A stretch of DNA of 63,561 bases, the filler included, from Asterionella formosa (Eukaryota): NCBI GenBank assembly GCA_002256025.1. It is 10 parts of 10 records of this genome, joined end to end, with 100 filler letters (N's around TTAATTAATTAA, not from the genome) between each part and the next. Parts side by side here need not be neighbours in the genome. Positions count along the whole stretch, not along the records: positions 58,779 to 60,306 come from NKIB01002052.1; positions 60,407 to 61,933 come from NKIB01002053.1; positions 62,034 to 63,561 come from NKIB01002054.1; 7 more parts are not named here. One strand, written 5' to 3'. How positions within the stretch are numbered: position 1 is the stretch's first letter; every line of letters begins with the position of its first letter. The translations under genes and the position numbers were made by a program. Below are positions 58,790 to 63,561 of the stretch, in pieces. The notes beneath the pieces are model-generated. The model was not told where the DNA came from. It made no database searches and saw nothing but the letters and a program-made list of their open reading frames with translations.

Positions 58790-59899
58790 ATGGCTCCTAG
58801 AGATGCTTGTCGCGATTTCAATTTCAGTTGGGTTCTCCTGTTTGTTGTCATCGTTATCATTGCCACGGATCTGAAATTTTTTCGTGAACGTGAAGACAGC
58901 ACTTGTGAATCTCGAGAGTTTACGCTAAGCGATCGAGGCAACTGCAACAAGGACTTTTTGACACCGGAACTCGACGGGAGGTGGGTCCGAGATCCCGACA
59001 ATGAAACACACGTCTTTGCAGCCCCAACACTCTGCTCTTGGGACAAGGGCGCATTCAAGAAAAATCCCAAAGACTGCGGCAATTGGAGTATGCTGCCAAT
59101 CAGTTCATTCTTTTGGGGGCGGAATGACTCCAAGTTGGTGCACATGGGAGGGAATGCGAATCAGTGTGGCAACTTCTCCGATCGCTACATGTGGGAATCG
59201 AAGGGGGTCCATCAGTCCGAATGGAACGCCACAACAACGTGCCGGCTGCTGGGCAAACGGAGGGTACTGATGATTGGCGATAGTACGATGCAACAAGCAG
59301 CAGCGACACTGATGAATGCAGTCTTTCCTGCCAAATGTCAAACCCACATGGCATTTAGCTTGGGTGATACTCTGTTTGGAAAAGTAAGTGTTGGAAAGTC
59401 AGCCCGGGGCAGGAGCTGGATTGATGTTGTTGCAGACGTAAAACCAGAAATTGTTGTCATTGGTGCTGGTGCTCATATAAGGGGACGGTTGAACTACACA
59501 CTTTTGATTGATGCCGTCCTTTCCGAGATTAAAGCCCTTTCTGAATGGATGCCTAATGTCAAGGTCATTTGGAGAACCATCCACCCTGCTGGTTGTACTG
59601 CTGAGCCAGAACTCACTGTTAGTCCTCTACAAGCTGCAAGACAGTGGAACTGGGACGCTTACCCCCAAAAATACTTTCAATGGGATGAATTTTATTCTAG
59701 AGATCTTGAGACAATTTCTAAGTTACAACATCTTGGGATCCCCTTTATCGATATGCGTATGCTGTACAGTCGGTCAGATGCTCATTCATTGGGTGACTGC
59801 TTACATGCATGTGCACCAGGTCCATTAGATCTGTTTGCTGTGTTGTTTCAAAAGCTTCTAGAATCAGACTTTGCTGTTTCACCATGTATTCCTACATAA
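58790..59899 (+). CDS. PC-esterase / trichome-birefringence-like (SGNH) polysaccharide O-acyltransferase or esterase
   Basis: N-terminal TM anchor, GRWV, RVLMIGDSTMQQ (GDS), VIWRT, RSDAH..DCLHACAPGP (DxxH). Confidence 0.85.
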   Translation: MAPRDACRDFNFSWVLLFVVIVIIATDLKFFREREDSTCESREFTLSDRGNCNKDFLTPELDGRWVRDPDNETHVFAAPTLCSWDKGAFKKNPKDCGNWSMLPISSFFWGRNDSKLVHMGGNANQCGNFSDRYMWESKGVHQSEWNATTTCRLLGKRRVLMIGDSTMQQAAATLMNAVFPAKCQTHMAFSLGDTLFGKVSVGKSARGRSWIDVVADVKPEIVVIGAGAHIRGRLNYTLLIDAVLSEIKALSEWMPNVKVIWRTIHPAGCTAEPELTVSPLQAARQWNWDAYPQKYFQWDEFYSRDLETISKLQHLGIPFIDMRMLYSRSDAHSLGDCLHACAPGPLDLFAVLFQKLLESDFAVSPCIPT

Positions 59900-60406
59900 A
59901 ATGGTTCCAGGAAAGTGACATACATCACATACCCAATAATGAAAGTGAACTCTTCCAGAAGTCACTAAAGCCACAATGCAAGCAAGCAAATACATGAAAT
60001 GTATAGCAAAAGATCTGAATGCCTACTTTGTTGGGCTTGGACCTTACTTGTGTTGAGCATTAGTTCATGAATGAGGACAAATTGGACTTTAGAAGACACT
60101 CATAGAAAAATTTAGGCTTATGACCTCTTCATGGTGACTCTCCAAATGTGGAAACCTTATGCTGCCTTGGTTGTCTATTGAGCAATGATACTCTATTTGT
60201 AGTGAATGATTATGATGCCTTGTCTTTCTACAACATGGTTGTATCAAGCATGTTACACAATTGAAAGACAGTAGCCATTTTTTATCAAGTTCCCCTTTCT
60301 TCATAGNNNNNNNNNNNNNNNNNNNNNNNNNNNNNNNNNNNNNNNNNNNNTTAATTAATTAANNNNNNNNNNNNNNNNNNNNNNNNNNNNNNNNNNNNNN
60401 NNNNNN

Positions 60407-61933
60407 GTTGTGGTCTCTCAGCTTGCTCACCAGCTTCCACAGTAATATCATCTGCTCCATACCTTTCCATTTCTGGAGCATTTGTTCTTGTATAAATTTC
60501 TGGCAAGTCATCAACATCACTGTCGTCTGTCTGCGTCGAATTCGACTCATCACTCCTTTCTTCATCATCCTCTTCATTTTCTTGTTCTTCATTTTCTTGC
60601 TCAATTCTTGAGTCTTTTTCTTCTAAAGTTTTCTTTCCTCCTCATACATCCTCCCTGCTCCAGACAATGGAAAATTCAGGTTTGATGTGGATTCTGCCAA
60701 TTCATCCTCATATGTGGGGATTATTTGGATAAGAGGACTGTCCTCATCAGGTTCTTCAATCACTTCTGGAGGTTCTGGCTCCTCCAAAATCAACTCAGGG
60801 TCATAAATTTCACTCATAGTCAATCTGATATCGTTGGTAGCATTCGTGATGTCTGCCCAAACATAAATATCTCTTGTTTCAACCACTTTACTGGTTACTG
60901 GATTGTACATACGATACACATCCCTGGCATGGTTCTCACCATAGCCAATCATTACCATGGGATTTGCTTTCTCTTTGAACTTCCCTTTCATTGTGGACCT
61001 GTTTGTAACATAACCAACTCTTCCAAACTCAATCAAGTGTGTGTAGATGTCACTTGGTTTTCCATAAAATAACTCATCAGGTGGTACTGCACTTCGGGTG
61101 TTTGGAAGGGAATTTCCTAGTATTGCTGCTGTTTTTGTCGCTTCAGCCCATAATTTAGCTTGCATCTCTTTGGTCCATGCAGCAGATATCATCATTGCCA
61201 GTGCACGCTTTGCATCACGTGAAAACATCCTTTCCACCACTCCATTGTGCTGTGGTGTGTGAGGTGCTGTGTACTCCAACTGAATTCCATATTCTCCTTC
61301 ACATATTTTTCGTAATTCAAACATATGCTCGCCCGCATTGTCACACCGTAGATATTTTACTGGCTTCCCAGCAGCCTTCAACTTGTCCAAAATTTCCTTC
61401 AGTACTTTTGTTATGCCATTCTTTCTTGCTCCATAAAAATCCCATGACTTCCTTGTTTTGTCATCAACAAATTATACCAATAACGTGACCCCATCACTGT
61501 CTCTGAATATGGGCCACTTGTATCCATGTAGATTCTCTCGCCAGGTTTTTCTGCTACCTCTGTAGTCACCTTGTTTGTTCGTTTCTGGGTAGCTTTTGCT
61601 CGTGCACAGCCATCACACACCAACATTTTTCCAACTGGTATAATCTTAAGTGCTTGCAGCATTTTTCGCACCACTTTTTCTGTTGCATGCCCGAATTTTT
61701 TGTGTGCCTCATTAATGTTCATTAGTTCTCTCTTCTGTTTCTTAATCATTCCATCATCATTTTTAGTTTCTTCAATATTGTAGACCTCTTTTGCTCCAGC
61801 AACACGCTGTGCAATCAGATAAGCCATACCATCGGTTCCTGTCTCAAAACTCATGATGCCACCAGAATCATTTAATATCTTGGATCCTTCTTTTCCAGCC
61901 ACAAATTCGTTTCCTTTCTCTGTCAACCTGCCA
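60407..61933 (-). mobile_element. Ty1/copia pol fragment (pre-integrase + integrase), frameshifted at ~61470
   Basis: EAHKKFGH...CDGCARAK, RIYMDTSGP, YLRCDNAGE, TAPHTPQHNGVVER, LWAEA, MIGYGENHARDVYRMYNP. Confidence 0.92.
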
Positions 61934-62033
61934 NNNNNNNNNNNNNNNNNNNNNNNNNNNNNNNNNNNNNNNNNNNNTTAATTAATTAANNNNNNNNNNN
62001 NNNNNNNNNNNNNNNNNNNNNNNNNNNNNNNNN

Positions 62034-62765
62034 CCACTGCCATGACCCAGTACTGATTGCCAACAGCGGATTTCGCGTAGGGTCCGCTGATGTCCACAAA
62101 CAGTCTCTCTCCAGGTACCGTCGATTTTTCTTGCGTTGTTTTTGGGATGGCTCGTGCTTTCGCTTTCGCTGCCGCACAGCCTGCGCACACTGTCATGATG
62201 CCGCTCAACTTCCATTCAAATAATTTCGCCGTATCGTGCAAACATTTCTCGCCCACATGACCAAGCATCGCATGCGCTTCATTGATATCGACAATCACAT
62301 AATTATTTTCAAACTCACCATTTTGATTATTCCATTTGTTCTTTCCTTTGTTCGTTTTCTTTGCTTCAACTTTCGTCCAATCGTTTTCGTTGTAGTCGTC
62401 GATCGATTGTTGTGTCGCGTTCTCTTGTAGTTGATCGACTTCCATCACCGTTTGCTTGATGATCGGATTACCTTCGACATGATACATTGCTCCGAGCTTT
62501 CGAGTTTTGTCTCTTTTGCAGGTCAGAAAGCCGCTCTTGTTTCGTATCGTCATCCTATCGTCCTCGAAGATCACTTGATTACCCTTGTCGATCATTCTAG
62601 AGACACTGATGATGTTCTGCTTGAACTCCGGTGCATAAAGCACATCGGTGAGTTTCAAGCATTTTCCTTCGTCCGTAGTCGTCAGAGTTACAGTACCAGA
62701 GACAGTTGATACTATCTCAGTTCCATTCCCTACCACGACCGTTTCACTCACTTGTTTCTTGTCTT
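62034..62765 (-). mobile_element. Related Ty1/copia pol fragment (protease C-part, pre-integrase, integrase start)
   Basis: VVVGNG...LTDVLYAPEFKQNIISV, EAHAMLGH...CAGCAAAK, ERLFVDISGP. Confidence 0.9.
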
Positions 62766-63561
62766 CCCGACTAATTCTCCTATCAAACAGGCGATGGGGA
62801 GAATACTGAACCTAATGTTGCAATTAGCGCTATCAAAGGGTACCACATAAAAGAAGTAATCACAAAGCAATATCCAACACAACTTGTTGGATGGGAAAAA
62901 CTCGACATATTCCAGTCAAGGATTACCCACTCAAGGATGACCAAAATACACGCTGGTCCTACAGGCCGCTAGTACCAGGCGCCTGCATGTCACAAGACAG
63001 ACCTCGCAGGAATACACCTAACAGTTTCCCCGTTGAGCATACGCCTGAGACACCCTGACGTATACCCAGAATTTACCAGTCCCCCCACAGTGGTAACCAT
63101 GCCAGATGCCACCGTGAAAACGCTCCTCCATTGCAACAATAACGACCGGTTCTGCCAGTGATCTTCATCACTCAGTCCATTTTGGGCTGTACCATGTATT
63201 CCGATTCGCAACCCACTGTCTTCCTATTCCGTTTTGGAAAAGAACAGTAGTCATTGAACCTTGTTCTGTATCAAACATCACTTAATATCGCTCTCAAGCA
63301 ATGTTCTAATAGATATAACAGAAACAATTTAATATAAAACACTCCTGGCAAAATGATAAAACGGCACCCCAGTGAGTATTTTCGTTAGACCATCAGAGCA
63401 GTTAGCCTTACCAGGTTCATGTGCAACACGCGCTGATCCGCATGCACAAGCCTCACGACACTTGTGATAAGCAATCGCATTATGCCTTTTATTTAACGTT
63501 GACTCAGGCCTAGTCACATTCTTTACCACACTTGCGTTGTCTCCAAACACATTTGCGGCAC
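62766..63561 (-). mobile_element. 3' end of a different copia family (RNase H plus a ~520-bp putative LTR at ~63287-62766)
   Basis: FGDNASVVKNVTRPESTLNKRHNAIAYHKCREA...NCSDGLTK. Purine tract GAGAGCGA precedes TATTAAG. LTR limits are approximate. Confidence 0.75.

Noticed and set aside
49184..63561. A 'defence or TE island' next to the RNF213-like gene
   Set aside because: Everything after 50534 lies on separate short contigs joined by artificial linkers. The LRR remnant belongs to a very large family, so its proximity is uninformative.

Overview
Eukaryotic nuclear DNA, most likely from a diatom (inferred from short GT-AG introns, a bipartite plastid-targeting presequence, a signal-peptide-bearing Ufd1 of SELMA type, a diatom-style HSF and several Ty1/copia fragments). 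The window is not contiguous. It is ten contigs (two of ~25.2 kb, eight of ~1.53 kb) joined by artificial 100-nt N44-TTAATTAATTAA-N44 linkers, so neighbourhoods across linkers mean nothing. Contig 1 (1-25222) carries an organellar Phe-tRNA synthetase, a chimeric SAM-methyltransferase/PAP2-phosphatase ORF among transposon debris, a fused FetB/FetA (STAR2/STAR1-like) ABC transporter, a 2OG-Fe(II) oxygenase, an HSF, a Ubl-BTB protein, a GNAT, the queuosine salvage enzyme QNG1 and a sterol-desaturase-family protein. Contig 2 (25323-50534) is dominated by the most notable feature: a ~15.5 kb, ~5,000-codon, spliced RNF213/mysterin-like AAA+ gene. Its architecture is unusual (2 PA domains, a VWA domain inserted in the AAA region, an RZ/Rcat-like Cys-His finger, 2 IQ motifs, a C-terminal SAM), and it carries two nonsense codons and two frameshifts. 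The short contigs hold LTR-retrotransposon and DNA-transposon fragments, a long palindrome, a ClpS 3' end, a glycosyltransferase-like pseudogene and a TBL/PC-esterase gene. A GGTACC/CCTGGTA motif is concentrated 5' of genes. All family assignments come from recognising motifs by eye; no database searches were run.
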